Assembly: GCA_963777605.1 (NCBI GenBank)
Contig: CAVZRV010000008.1
Location: forward strand, 32,001-96,000
DNA length: 64,000 bases
Source of the DNA: an uncultured Acidobacteriota bacterium
Lineage (GTDB): Bacteria > Acidobacteriota > UBA6911 > RPQK01 > JAPXNP01
Reading direction: 5' to 3'
Below, one piece after another: positions 50,077 through 59,401 of the stretch. How positions within the stretch are numbered: the stretch's first letter is position 1; the number at the start of each line of letters is the position of its first letter. The position numbers were made by a program, and so were the translations under genes. The notes under the pieces were generated by a model. It made no database searches. It saw only the letters and a list, made by a program, of their open reading frames with translations, and had not been told where the DNA came from.

Positions 50077-51061
50077 ATGCCACGAATCGTCACCATGACG
50101 CTCGCGCTGCTGGTCGCGGCAGGGTTGCTCGGCTGCAGCACAGCATCACAGCCTGACACCGATTCGGCTCCCCCCGAGCGGGACCGCAATGCCTGGACCG
50201 TTGGTATTCTCACCGGCTCGTCACCGTTCGAACTCTCGACGCCGGAAGGGGTGACCAATCCGGTCCTGACCGCGTCGGATGTGACCGATTTCGACGCAGA
50301 CATCGTCGCCCATCCCTTTCTATATGTTTCCGATTCCAGATATTACCTCTTCTGCACCGTCAAGTTCGGGGCAACTGACGAAGGGGGAATCGGGTTGGCC
50401 GAAAGCCCGGACGGGCTGCACTGGAAGTACCGGCAGATGGTCATCAAGGAGCCCTTTGTGCTCTCCTACCCCTACGTCTTCAAGTGGGAGAATGACTACT
50501 ACCTGATCCCTGAAGCGCACACGGAGACCTCGGTTCGCCTCTACCGCGCCACCAACTTTCCTCTCGAGTGGACCTACGAAGGGGACCTGATTTCCGGCGA
50601 TCACTTCATCAGCGCTTCGCTCGCTCACTTTCAGGATCGATGGTGGATGTTCGTTTCCCCGGAGGGAAACCGGACACTTCGCCTTTTCTACTCTCCTGAG
50701 TTGAAGGGACCATGGACCGAGCATCCGCTCAGCCCGATCGTCAAAGACGATCCCGACATCGCCCGTCCCGGTGGCCGCGTTATCGAGATCGACGGCACCC
50801 TCTACCGGATGGGCCAGGACTGCGACCCCACTTACGGGAATCAGCTCCATGCTTTCCGAATCACCGAGATCAGCCCGACCGCGTACGCGGGAAGAGATGA
50901 TCGAACCCGCACTCGTCAGGGCAACGTCCCAGGGCTGGAATTCCGATGCGATGCATCACGTCGATCTTCACCAGGTCGGCGACGAAGAATGGATCGCGGC
51001 GGTCGATGCCCTGGGCAGATCCGCTGATTCCAATCCAGACCAAACGGCCTCACTGTGTTAA
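50077..51061 (+). pseudogene. Five-bladed beta-propeller lipoprotein (GH43-like / GINT1 N-terminal-like) with +1 frameshift near 50890
   Basis: Lipobox LLGC; NPVL, VAHPF, LSYPYVF, W.EHP.SPI, ARPGG, GQDC..YG; removing one G of GGG continues into EEM...GWN..MHHVD..W.AAVD. Confidence 0.78.
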
Positions 51062-51071
51062 GAGTGTCCCG

Positions 51072-51920
51072 ATGGTGGAATCGACGAATCCCGTTTCGCG
51101 GCTGCTGCTGGGACTGAACCTGTTCAGCCTGGACGCCCCGCTGGTTGCGGTGGCGTGGCAATGGGCGATCTCCCGCGAAACCGGCGTCCTGCTCGACTGG
51201 CACTACTACTTCATTCTGGGAGGCTCGGTCTGGTGCATCTACACGGCGGACCGCCTCATCGATGCATCGCGGCTTCAACCCTCCGAGACCCCGGCATCTC
51301 GAAGACTCTTTTCGCTGCGTCACTTCACTCCACTGCTCCTCATTTGCGCCTCCGCAACCCTGGCCATGGTCCTGCTTTCGGTCGCATGGTTACCCAGTCC
51401 GGTCCTCCTCAAATGGGTAGTGCTCGGCGGGGCCGTTGCGGGCTACTTTCTGCTGGTCCACGGGGTCCTCGGCAATCCACTGGCAATACCAAAAGAGTTC
51501 CTGGTCGCGCTGCTGTTCGCCGCAGGAGCCTCCATATTTCCCTTCTCGCTCGGCCGCACTCCCTGGACGACCTTTCAGGTTCCCGTTCTGGGAGCGTTTC
51601 TCCTCCTTTTTGGCAACGCCTGGCTCATCTCGAAGTGGGAAAGCCGCCTCGACCGTGGCTCGCTCCAGAGTTCGATCGCACTGGATCATCCTCGGGCGAC
51701 TCGGCTGGTGCCCGGCTACCTGGTCTCCCTCCTGCTGGCCGGTCTTGCGGCTGCAACTTTCTCCGCTCTTTCCGTCCCCTTCGGCAGCAGCATCTCAGTC
51801 AGTGCGGGACTCCTGCTTGCCCTCGACTTCGCGTCGCCGCGTATTGGGGTGGAAGAGCGGCGTGAACTGGCCGATCTGGTCCTCTTGACGCCGCTGGTCT
51901 TCCTGGGACAGTGGGGATAG
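51072..51920 (+). CDS. UbiA-like polytopic membrane protein
   Basis: SLDAPLVAV.W, W.IYTADRLID, PKE..VA, LAD.VL. Confidence 0.7.
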   Translation: MVESTNPVSRLLLGLNLFSLDAPLVAVAWQWAISRETGVLLDWHYYFILGGSVWCIYTADRLIDASRLQPSETPASRRLFSLRHFTPLLLICASATLAMVLLSVAWLPSPVLLKWVVLGGAVAGYFLLVHGVLGNPLAIPKEFLVALLFAAGASIFPFSLGRTPWTTFQVPVLGAFLLLFGNAWLISKWESRLDRGSLQSSIALDHPRATRLVPGYLVSLLLAGLAAATFSALSVPFGSSISVSAGLLLALDFASPRIGVEERRELADLVLLTPLVFLGQWG

Positions 51921-51980
51921 ACCGTTCAGACCACAGGGGAGCCGACGGCATCCGCGACGATGTGCAACCTACACTGAGGG

Positions 51981-54900
51981 CTATCCCCGGATCGCTCCCT
52001 CTTCCGCTCCCTTCCCGCCGTCGAACCAGCGATAGATGGCCGGCAGCACGAGCAACGTCAGCAGGGTTGAGGTGATCAGACCGCCGATCACCACGGTTGC
52101 CAGCGGGCGCTGAACCTCAGCCCCGGGACTGGTCGACAACGCCATGGGAATGAATCCCAGGCTGGCCACCAGGGCGGTCATCAAGACAGGCCGGAGCCGT
52201 GTTTCAGCGGCCTGGCGTGCAGCCTCGAACGGGTCCATTCCCTGATCCCGCAATTGACGGATGTAACTGACCAGCACCACACCGTTGAGCGTGGCGACTC
52301 CGAAAAGCGCGATGAACCCAACCGCCGCCGAGATGCTTAAAGGAATGCCACGGTAGAAGAGGGCGAAAATCCCCCCAGTGACCGCCATCGGAACGTTGAT
52401 CAGGATCAGCGCGGTCATCCGTGCGGAGTTGAACGTGTAATAGAGAAGAAGAAAGATCAGGAGGAGAGCAAGCGGCACGACGAAGGCGAGACGTCGAGTG
52501 GCCGACTGAAGTTCCTCGTATTGGCCCGACCACTTGACCCAGTAGCCAGTAGGAAGTTTGACGTCCGATTCAACCCTTCGCTGAGCTTCGCGGACAAATC
52601 CAGCGAGATCCCGGCCGCGAACGTTGGCCGCGATCATGATGACGCGCTCGTTGTCTTCGCGACTTATCTGGGCTGCTCCCGGTTCGACCCGGATTCGGGC
52701 GACCTGTTCCAGGGGAATCTGTCGTCCGCGCGCGTCGCTGACGGTCAAGTCGGGAATCGCGTTCAAGTCTCTTCGGTCTTCTTCGGCCAATCGGACCTGG
52801 AGGTCGAAACGCTCCTCGCCTTCCAGGATCTGTCCGACGGTCCGTCCGGCAATCGTCTCCAGCACGTCCAGTACCTGCCTGACCTGGATGCCGTAGCGGC
52901 CGGCTGATTCCCGGTCCACGATCACGCGAAGGAACGGCTGGCCGGCGGTCTGCTCGACGCGAACGTCGGCAGCCCCGTCGACCCCTTCGACGGCAGTTGC
53001 GACCTTCAGGGCAGTCTCGCGCAGCACTCCGAGATCGGAACCGAACAACTTGATCGCAACGTCGGACCGGGAACCGCCAATCAGTTCGTCGAAACGCTCA
53101 CTGATCGGCTGTCCGAACGAGAGGCTGCAATCTGGCACAGCTGTCTCGAGGACCTCCGACATTTTGGAGGCCAGTTCCTCCTGGGACGAGGCCTTCCGCC
53201 ATCCGGACAGGGGGGTGAGGATGACGTAGATATCGCTCATCTCGAAACCTTGCGGGTCGGTCGGAACCTCGGCCTGGCCGGTCCTGGAGACCACTGTTTC
53301 GACCTCGTCCGGGAAGCTTGCCGTGAGAACGCCCTCGACGCGTATCGTGTTCCTGACCGCTTCGGTCAGAGAGACACTGGGCAGACGAATGTCGAGAAGA
53401 GAAAACGCTCCCTCGTCGAGTCGAGGCACAAAGACTGCACCCAGGCGGGGCGCCAGGCCCAGGCTGACTCCAAAAACCAGGAAAGCGACAGCGAAAGTCA
53501 ACGCCGGGTGCCGAAGCGTGAGATCGAGGATCGGCCGGTAGATCTTTCGGGCTCCGGTGAAAATCCAGGTGTGTCGCTCCCTTACCTGCCGGCCCAGGAA
53601 GTAGTACGAAAGGACGGGAACAACGGTGAAGGAGAGCAGGAGCGAAGCCAGCAGCGCCAGCAGAACCGTCGACGCCATGGGACGGAACATCTTTCCTTCG
53701 GTTCCTTCCAATGCCAGGATCGGTACATAGACCACCATGATGATGGCCACGCCGAAAAAGATCGAGCGAGCGACCTCACGAGCGGCAGCAGTCATCTGGG
53801 CAATGCGGCCCCGCTCATCCGTTAAATCGCTCCCTGCGAGCCGACGGACCAGGTTCTCGACCATGACAACCGACCCGTCGACGATCAGTCCGAAATCAAT
53901 GGCTCCAAGGCTCATCAGGTTGCCGGCGATTCCCAGTTGAACCATGCCGGTGAACGCGAACAGCATCGATAGCGGAATCGCTGATGCCACGATGAGTCCG
54001 CCCCGAATGTTTCCCAGGATCAGAAGGAGCACCGCGACGACCAGGATTCCTCCCATGATCAGGTTGTGAGCGGCGGTTCTGATCGTGTTCTGAATCAGGT
54101 AGGTCCGATCGTAGTAGGGCTCGATTGAGATCCCCTCGGGAAGTGAAGGCTCGATCTCCTTCATGCGTTGTTTGACCCGGTTGACAACAGCCTGGGGATT
54201 CTCGCCCATCAGCATCATGACGATTCCGGAGACGATTTCGTGCCCGTCCCGGGTCACTGCGCCGTAGCGGACCTTCGGAGCGACCCGCACTCGTCCCAGT
54301 TGGCCAACCCGCACCGCGGCACCGTCGGCAGTCGTCGAAACCATCGTCTGCTCGATGTCCTGGACATTCTCCAGCAACCCTTCTCCCCGGATCGCGTAGG
54401 CTTCGCCATTGTGCTCGATGTAGCCCCCTCCGCTGTTCCGGTTGCCGTTCTCGAGGGCATCGAAGACCTCCTGCAGGGTCAGGTGGTAGGCAGTCAACCT
54501 GTCCAACTGAAGTTCGACCTGGTAGCTCTTCAACTCTCCACCCCAGCCATTGACTTCGGCCACCCCAGGAACCGTGATGAGGCGCGGGGCAATCTGCCAG
54601 TCCAGGATGGTGCGACGCTCTTCAAGGGTGTAATCATCCCCCTTGACTTCGAACTGAAAGACCTCCCCCAGTCCGGTGCTGATGGGAGCCATCTCGGGAT
54701 CGCCGTAACCTTCGGGGATCGCCTGCCTCGCCTGGGGGAGGCGTTCCATGACCAATCGGCGTGCGAAATAAAGGTCAAGGTCCTCGTCGAAAAAGAGGAA
54801 GATGTTGGACAACCCGAAGCGGGACACCGAGCGCATCCCGGTGATCCCCGGTAGACCCGAAAGAGTCCTCTCGACAGGAAAGGTCACGAACTGTTCCACT

Positions 54901-55082
54901 TCGACGGCGCTCAACCCGGGAGCCTGAGTGATGATCTGCACCATGTTGGGAGTGATATCGGGCACGGTGCCGATCTGAAGGCGGGAGAGCGAGTAGAAAC
55001 CGGCGGCTAACAGGATCGCCGTCAACACTATCACCAGGAAACGGTTCCTGAGCGAAAATGCCACCAACCGTTCCATGGTCAA
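51981..55082 (-). CDS. czcA: CzcA/CusA family heavy-metal RND efflux permease
   Basis: PDIT...VQI, NLMSLGAIDFGLIVDG, EGKMFRPMA, RLRPVLMTALVASLGF.PMA, EVQRPLATVVIGG; alternative ATG at 55076. Confidence 0.9.
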   Translation of the reverse strand: MTMERLVAFSLRNRFLVIVLTAILLAAGFYSLSRLQIGTVPDITPNMVQIITQAPGLSAVEVEQFVTFPVERTLSGLPGITGMRSVSRFGLSNIFLFFDEDLDLYFARRLVMERLPQARQAIPEGYGDPEMAPISTGLGEVFQFEVKGDDYTLEERRTILDWQIAPRLITVPGVAEVNGWGGELKSYQVELQLDRLTAYHLTLQEVFDALENGNRNSGGGYIEHNGEAYAIRGEGLLENVQDIEQTMVSTTADGAAVRVGQLGRVRVAPKVRYGAVTRDGHEIVSGIVMMLMGENPQAVVNRVKQRMKEIEPSLPEGISIEPYYDRTYLIQNTIRTAAHNLIMGGILVVAVLLLILGNIRGGLIVASAIPLSMLFAFTGMVQLGIAGNLMSLGAIDFGLIVDGSVVMVENLVRRLAGSDLTDERGRIAQMTAAAREVARSIFFGVAIIMVVYVPILALEGTEGKMFRPMASTVLLALLASLLLSFTVVPVLSYYFLGRQVRERHTWIFTGARKIYRPILDLTLRHPALTFAVAFLVFGVSLGLAPRLGAVFVPRLDEGAFSLLDIRLPSVSLTEAVRNTIRVEGVLTASFPDEVETVVSRTGQAEVPTDPQGFEMSDIYVILTPLSGWRKASSQEELASKMSEVLETAVPDCSLSFGQPISERFDELIGGSRSDVAIKLFGSDLGVLRETALKVATAVEGVDGAADVRVEQTAGQPFLRVIVDRESAGRYGIQVRQVLDVLETIAGRTVGQILEGEERFDLQVRLAEEDRRDLNAIPDLTVSDARGRQIPLEQVARIRVEPGAAQISREDNERVIMIAANVRGRDLAGFVREAQRRVESDVKLPTGYWVKWSGQYEELQSATRRLAFVVPLALLLIFLLLYYTFNSARMTALILINVPMAVTGGIFALFYRGIPLSISAAVGFIALFGVATLNGVVLVSYIRQLRDQGMDPFEAARQAAETRLRPVLMTALVASLGFIPMALSTSPGAEVQRPLATVVIGGLITSTLLTLLVLPAIYRWFDGGKGAEEGAIRG

Positions 55083-56332
55083 TCCTCCTCCGCCAGCGAA
55101 TCACGCAGCAGAACCGACTTGAGCTGGAAACTGCCGTCAGTCGCGGCTTCTTCCCCTTCCGACAGCCCCCGGGTAATTTCAACCCAGCCGTTGCCATGCG
55201 TGCCCGTACTCACCTCTCGTACCTCGAAGTGGGTGGGCGACCGGCAGACGAAGACAACAGTGCGTCTGTCGATCTCCTGGATTGCAGCAGAAGGGACAGC
55301 CAGGACCGAATAATCGTCCAAAACCGGTATCCTGATTGTCGCGAACATGCCCAGCTTCAACTGCCACCCGGAATTGTGGACGACGCACCGAACGGGGAGA
55401 GTCCGGGAGTCGGGATCCAACAGGTCCCCGAGGTAGGTTACCCTGCCAATGAATTGCCGTTCGGGATATGCGATGACCGAGACAGCGGCAGGTGTCCCAC
55501 TGCGGACCAGGCCGATGTCCTTTTCCTGCAGGTTACCCTGGACCCAGACATCCGAAATGTCGGCGATCCGGAAAAGGATATCGGTGGACTCGACGACTTC
55601 TCCGGCCACCGCTTCGGCCTCGGTGACGACGCCACCGATGGGCGCCCTGACGGGTGTGATCATGGGGCGATCGGTTCCAGCTTCGCGGGACGGCTCGGAC
55701 GTCCTCACCTCAGCGAAGCCGAGAAGGCGGAGTTTCCGGTCGATTTGCTCGATTCCCGTCCGAGCTTCTTCAATCTGCGAATTGGCCCGGTCCAGTTCGG
55801 CTTCCCGCCGCTGCCGTTCCGCCTCGGCCATAGCCCCCACCTTGACCAGGGCATGGGCCCGATCAACCGCCTCACGGGCTAGCCTGGACTCGATCTGGGC
55901 CTGCTTCAGGGAGGCGACGGCGACAGCTCGCTGAGCGATCAGGTCACCGATTTCGATGTCGTCATATTCCGCCAGGACCTGGTTTTTCGTGACCCGGTCT
56001 CCGATCGTAGCTGTAACCGACGTCAGGCGACCGCGTGTCAGCGAGCGCACCTCGGCAACCCTGGTTGCATCCGCTTTCACAACCCCGGTGAGGCTCACGC
56101 CACGTTCGAGACGGCGCCGCTCGAGCGCGCTGCAACGGATCCCAAGTCGCCGTTGGGTTTCGATTGCCAGATCTACCGAGGAAGGCCCGGCCGACCCGGC
56201 AGCGGCCTCCGAAGTCGGTTGTTCGTCCGGCCTCTTGCCCGAACCGCATCCCGTAAAGAGAAGAGACAGCACTGCTGCGCCGAGAGCAATCGACACCTTT
56301 GTGTGACAGAACTTCATTCGCTGTAGTTTCAT
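55079..56332 (-). CDS. czcB: CzcB/CusB-type periplasmic adaptor
   Basis: Lipobox FTGC; VRAPIGG, IADISDVWV, LDPDSRT, LKLGMF, VPSAAI. Confidence 0.85.
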   Translation of the reverse strand: MKLQRMKFCHTKVSIALGAAVLSLLFTGCGSGKRPDEQPTSEAAAGSAGPSSVDLAIETQRRLGIRCSALERRRLERGVSLTGVVKADATRVAEVRSLTRGRLTSVTATIGDRVTKNQVLAEYDDIEIGDLIAQRAVAVASLKQAQIESRLAREAVDRAHALVKVGAMAEAERQRREAELDRANSQIEEARTGIEQIDRKLRLLGFAEVRTSEPSREAGTDRPMITPVRAPIGGVVTEAEAVAGEVVESTDILFRIADISDVWVQGNLQEKDIGLVRSGTPAAVSVIAYPERQFIGRVTYLGDLLDPDSRTLPVRCVVHNSGWQLKLGMFATIRIPVLDDYSVLAVPSAAIQEIDRRTVVFVCRSPTHFEVREVSTGTHGNGWVEITRGLSEGEEAATDGSFQLKSVLLRDSLAEED

Positions 56333-56342
56333 CTCCGCCTCC

Positions 56343-57725
56343 CTAGCGCGAGAGCATCGCTGCGGCATCCGCCAGCTCGACCGCCGCCGATGCATACTCT
56401 TTCATCACCTCGTTATAGGTGAGTTCATAATCGATAACGCGCCGCTGCTCAGCCAGGACCTCACTGAAGGGAAGTTCTCCCAGGCGATAGGCTTTGCCGA
56501 GTGCGTCGAGAGTGACATTGGCCTGTTCTAAAACATCGGTCTCCAGTGACTGGAGACTATCCCGGGCGGCCCGGTATCGTTCGAAGGCGGTCTCTACCTT
56601 GCGACGCACTGATGCTTCCAATGCCGAGACTCGGAACTCCTGGGAGCGGATCCGCGCGAGGGCCGCGGCAAGGTTCCCCTGGTTTCTGTTGTGAACGGGC
56701 AAGTCGAAATTGATCCCCAGACTGACACCGTGAGAACTGTCCTCGATCGGAACCAGTTGTCCCGACGCGTTGAACCCATTGACGTCGAAGGCAAATCGGT
56801 CGTAGGAATAGCGGACAAATCCGACGACGTCTGAGACACTCTCGGCCTTCAGAAGAGCCATCTCCGCCCGGTTTTGCTCGACTTCGGAGCGGGCTGCCCG
56901 CAAGTCCGGACGTAGCGTCAGCGCCTGCGAAGTCAGCTGATCGAGTGACTGGGGAAGCTCCCGAACGACAATCTCACCGACAACGTCGGGAATTGTTTTG
57001 GCAGCCAGGCCGATTGCCTCGTGCATTTCGGTAAGAAACGCGCGGCGTCGACTCTGCAGCAATCCAAGTTCGGCCGCAAGCCGGCTCTCTTCTACCCTGG
57101 CCTGATTTAGGGATAGGGCAGGATCCTCTCCCACGCGAACTCGCTCCGCCACAATCTGTTCGAACTCGGCGGCCACGTCCAGGAGACGCTGTTGAGCGGC
57201 AATCTCGCGATTGGCAACCAGCACCTGGAGGAAAAGTGAGGTCAGCCGACTGGCCAGATTTCTCCGGCCATCAGCCAGTTGAGCCGCGGAGACCTGGTAA
57301 CCGAGATCGGCGACCGCGACCCGCTCCTCGCGCTTGCCGCCCCTCTCAAAGGTGTGGGAGTAGCCGACCGCAATGCCGCGATCGGCTGTCGCCCACCGCT
57401 CGAAGTCGGTATCTAATTCGACTTCAAGTCCCGGGTTCGGGCGCAGGCCGGCTTGCACTTGCTGACCGCTCGCAATGTCCAAATCCGCTTCCTCCGCCCG
57501 AATCTCGGGATTGCTCTCCAGGGCGTTTCGAAGCAACCCGGACAGGCAATCTCTCGCGGCCTTGTTGACCGGCAACAGTTTCAGGCCGGAGAGCTGAACA
57601 GCATTGAGATCGTCAACGCCCGGACTTGGCTGGCCAAAGACGGGGCAGGGAATCATCCCTACCGTACCCAGCAATACGAAAACGAAAAAGATCGGCAAAC
57701 TCAGCGTCGAGTTCCGGAAGTACAT
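56343..57725 (-). CDS. czcC: TolC/CzcC outer-membrane factor
   Basis: ALESNPEI, RPNP, RPDLRAA, LPVHNRNQG, Y..GE....EVL; RBS GGAGGAGG. Confidence 0.85.
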   Translation of the reverse strand: MYFRNSTLSLPIFFVFVLLGTVGMIPCPVFGQPSPGVDDLNAVQLSGLKLLPVNKAARDCLSGLLRNALESNPEIRAEEADLDIASGQQVQAGLRPNPGLEVELDTDFERWATADRGIAVGYSHTFERGGKREERVAVADLGYQVSAAQLADGRRNLASRLTSLFLQVLVANREIAAQQRLLDVAAEFEQIVAERVRVGEDPALSLNQARVEESRLAAELGLLQSRRRAFLTEMHEAIGLAAKTIPDVVGEIVVRELPQSLDQLTSQALTLRPDLRAARSEVEQNRAEMALLKAESVSDVVGFVRYSYDRFAFDVNGFNASGQLVPIEDSSHGVSLGINFDLPVHNRNQGNLAAALARIRSQEFRVSALEASVRRKVETAFERYRAARDSLQSLETDVLEQANVTLDALGKAYRLGELPFSEVLAEQRRVIDYELTYNEVMKEYASAAVELADAAAMLSR

Positions 57726-57863
57726 AGCCTCCTCCGATAATTGGGCATTTGGAGAACACTCGAACGAAACCTCCGAAGGCCACCTTCCCGATTCTCCAGC
57801 ACGCCAGATCACCGGCCATACGGGCTAGGGATCAGCACGCCGGAGAAGGTCGAAGGCGACCCT

Positions 57864-58367
57864 TCACACAGCTGCGGCAGGCAAACCTCGAGGGGGTGAA
57901 AGGAGTCCGGCCAGCAGGATTTCCTCGGATCGGGACAGGCAATGTTCGAACGACTGCTCGAGACCCGCTCGCAGGCACCCCGCCCGCGGAGGCGGATGGA
58001 TGTCCGCCCGCCGAAAAGCTCCCTCCAGTGTCAGAACGGGGTTGCCCGAAGCGAGGGGGTAAATTTGCTCAAGGGGCCTGAACTCGGAGTTTGCAGCTCG
58101 GGTGAGGACCTTGCCGTTACAGCAGAAGCAGTCATCGTCGGAGCAGGGTTCGTCCGGTTCCCGGTTAGAAGGATCGGCTGCCGGACTGAACCGGGCGCTG
58201 CCTTCAGAGGTACGATCCTTGCCAACATCGACAAACGAGGATGCCAGGACCGCGTGATCCGGCAGTAGTCCCGCCGCTTCGAGCTTTTCGGCACAGGGGT
58301 GCGTCATGTCGATCGCGGCCGAGACGAGGAAGAACAGGGCAACAAATCTCGACACCGTCCGGTTCAC
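57864..58367 (-). CDS. Cys/Pro-rich leader protein upstream of czcCBA (CzcI/DUF2946-like)
   Basis: GTG start; hydrophobic N-terminus FVALFFLVSAA, CSDDDCFCC, HPPPRA and SPPRG. Confidence 0.65.
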   Translation of the reverse strand: MNRTVSRFVALFFLVSAAIDMTHPCAEKLEAAGLLPDHAVLASSFVDVGKDRTSEGSARFSPAADPSNREPDEPCSDDDCFCCNGKVLTRAANSEFRPLEQIYPLASGNPVLTLEGAFRRADIHPPPRAGCLRAGLEQSFEHCLSRSEEILLAGLLSPPRGLPAAAV

Positions 58368-58559
58368 TTCACGCCTGAGTATATGCCGAGAGGCGGGCAG
58401 TCGCAAAAAGGTTCCGAGGTTTCGGAGTCCCGGAGTCACTGTCCCGTACGTCCTGTGGTCACAGGTCCCATACCCTCTTCTCCCCCGGGTCCTCGTCGAA
58501 ACACAACTTGCCTGGCCGGCAACGAGACAACCTGTGATGCTTGTCCTACTATATGTGCC

Positions 58560-59159
58560 ATGCGAGAACCGGCAACTCGGACGTTGGACCAGAAGATCGT
58601 GAATTGGGCCGAGCAGCGCAAACTGAACGCTCTGCTCTCCAGCAACGGCATGGCCGGGAAAGCGCTGCTGGACGTTCCCTGCGGCTACGGGCGCTTCTGG
58701 CCCATGTTGGACACGCTCAGGCCCAACCTCGTCGGAATCGACCTCGATCCCGTTTTGGTCCACAAGGCTGCCAACGTCAACGGGCGCAACGGTGGAAGCC
58801 GGGCTGCGTGCAGCAACGTGTTTCAGCTTCCGTTCGCAGCCGACTCCTTCGATGCGGTGATCTGCATCCGTATGCTTCACCTGAATTGGTCGGATGCCGA
58901 AAGAGCAGCGATCCTCAGCGAACTGGCCCGAGTGACGCGTCGCCTGGTGATCATCAGCCTGTACCGGCCGACTCCGCTTCACGCCCTCTGGCGAATGGTC
59001 AAAGGAACTCCAGGGCGACTCCGCTTCACCAGCGACGAACAATTCTCACGGCTGTTGGAGCAGGGCGATCTCCGGCTTGGTTCACTCAATCCACTTTGGC
59101 ATTATCTCCACATGCAGACCTTCGTGGTCCTGGAGAAAGCGGGACGAATCAGTTCGTAG
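58560..59159 (+). CDS. Class I SAM-dependent methyltransferase
   Basis: LLDVPCGYGR, GIDL, LPF..DSFD.V.C.R.LH, L.EL.RV. Confidence 0.88.
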   Translation: MREPATRTLDQKIVNWAEQRKLNALLSSNGMAGKALLDVPCGYGRFWPMLDTLRPNLVGIDLDPVLVHKAANVNGRNGGSRAACSNVFQLPFAADSFDAVICIRMLHLNWSDAERAAILSELARVTRRLVIISLYRPTPLHALWRMVKGTPGRLRFTSDEQFSRLLEQGDLRLGSLNPLWHYLHMQTFVVLEKAGRISS

Positions 59160-59401
59160 CCAGGCACACGACCGTGTACGACCGGGCGGACAACCTGAAT
59201 GTCGAAGACCAATACCACGCCCACGCCAGATCGAGATATACTGCAGGCAGTTCGGGTCTTACGGGCCTTCTCCGGTCGGGTTTCAAAATATTGAAGCGTC
59301 AACATCAGCGGAGTAGATAAGTAGATTCCGATGTAGGGCAGGCCGGGAAGTTGCCGTCAACGTTCGGCCTCTCCGCCCAAGGAATGAACCGGCAACCAAC
59401 C

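Noticed and set aside
58452-59295. Short inverted repeats CCTGTG-GT-CACAGG (58452-58465) and TTCAA-N4-TTGAA (59282-59295) as operators
   Set aside because: Too short to distinguish from chance, and no cognate regulator is nearby.
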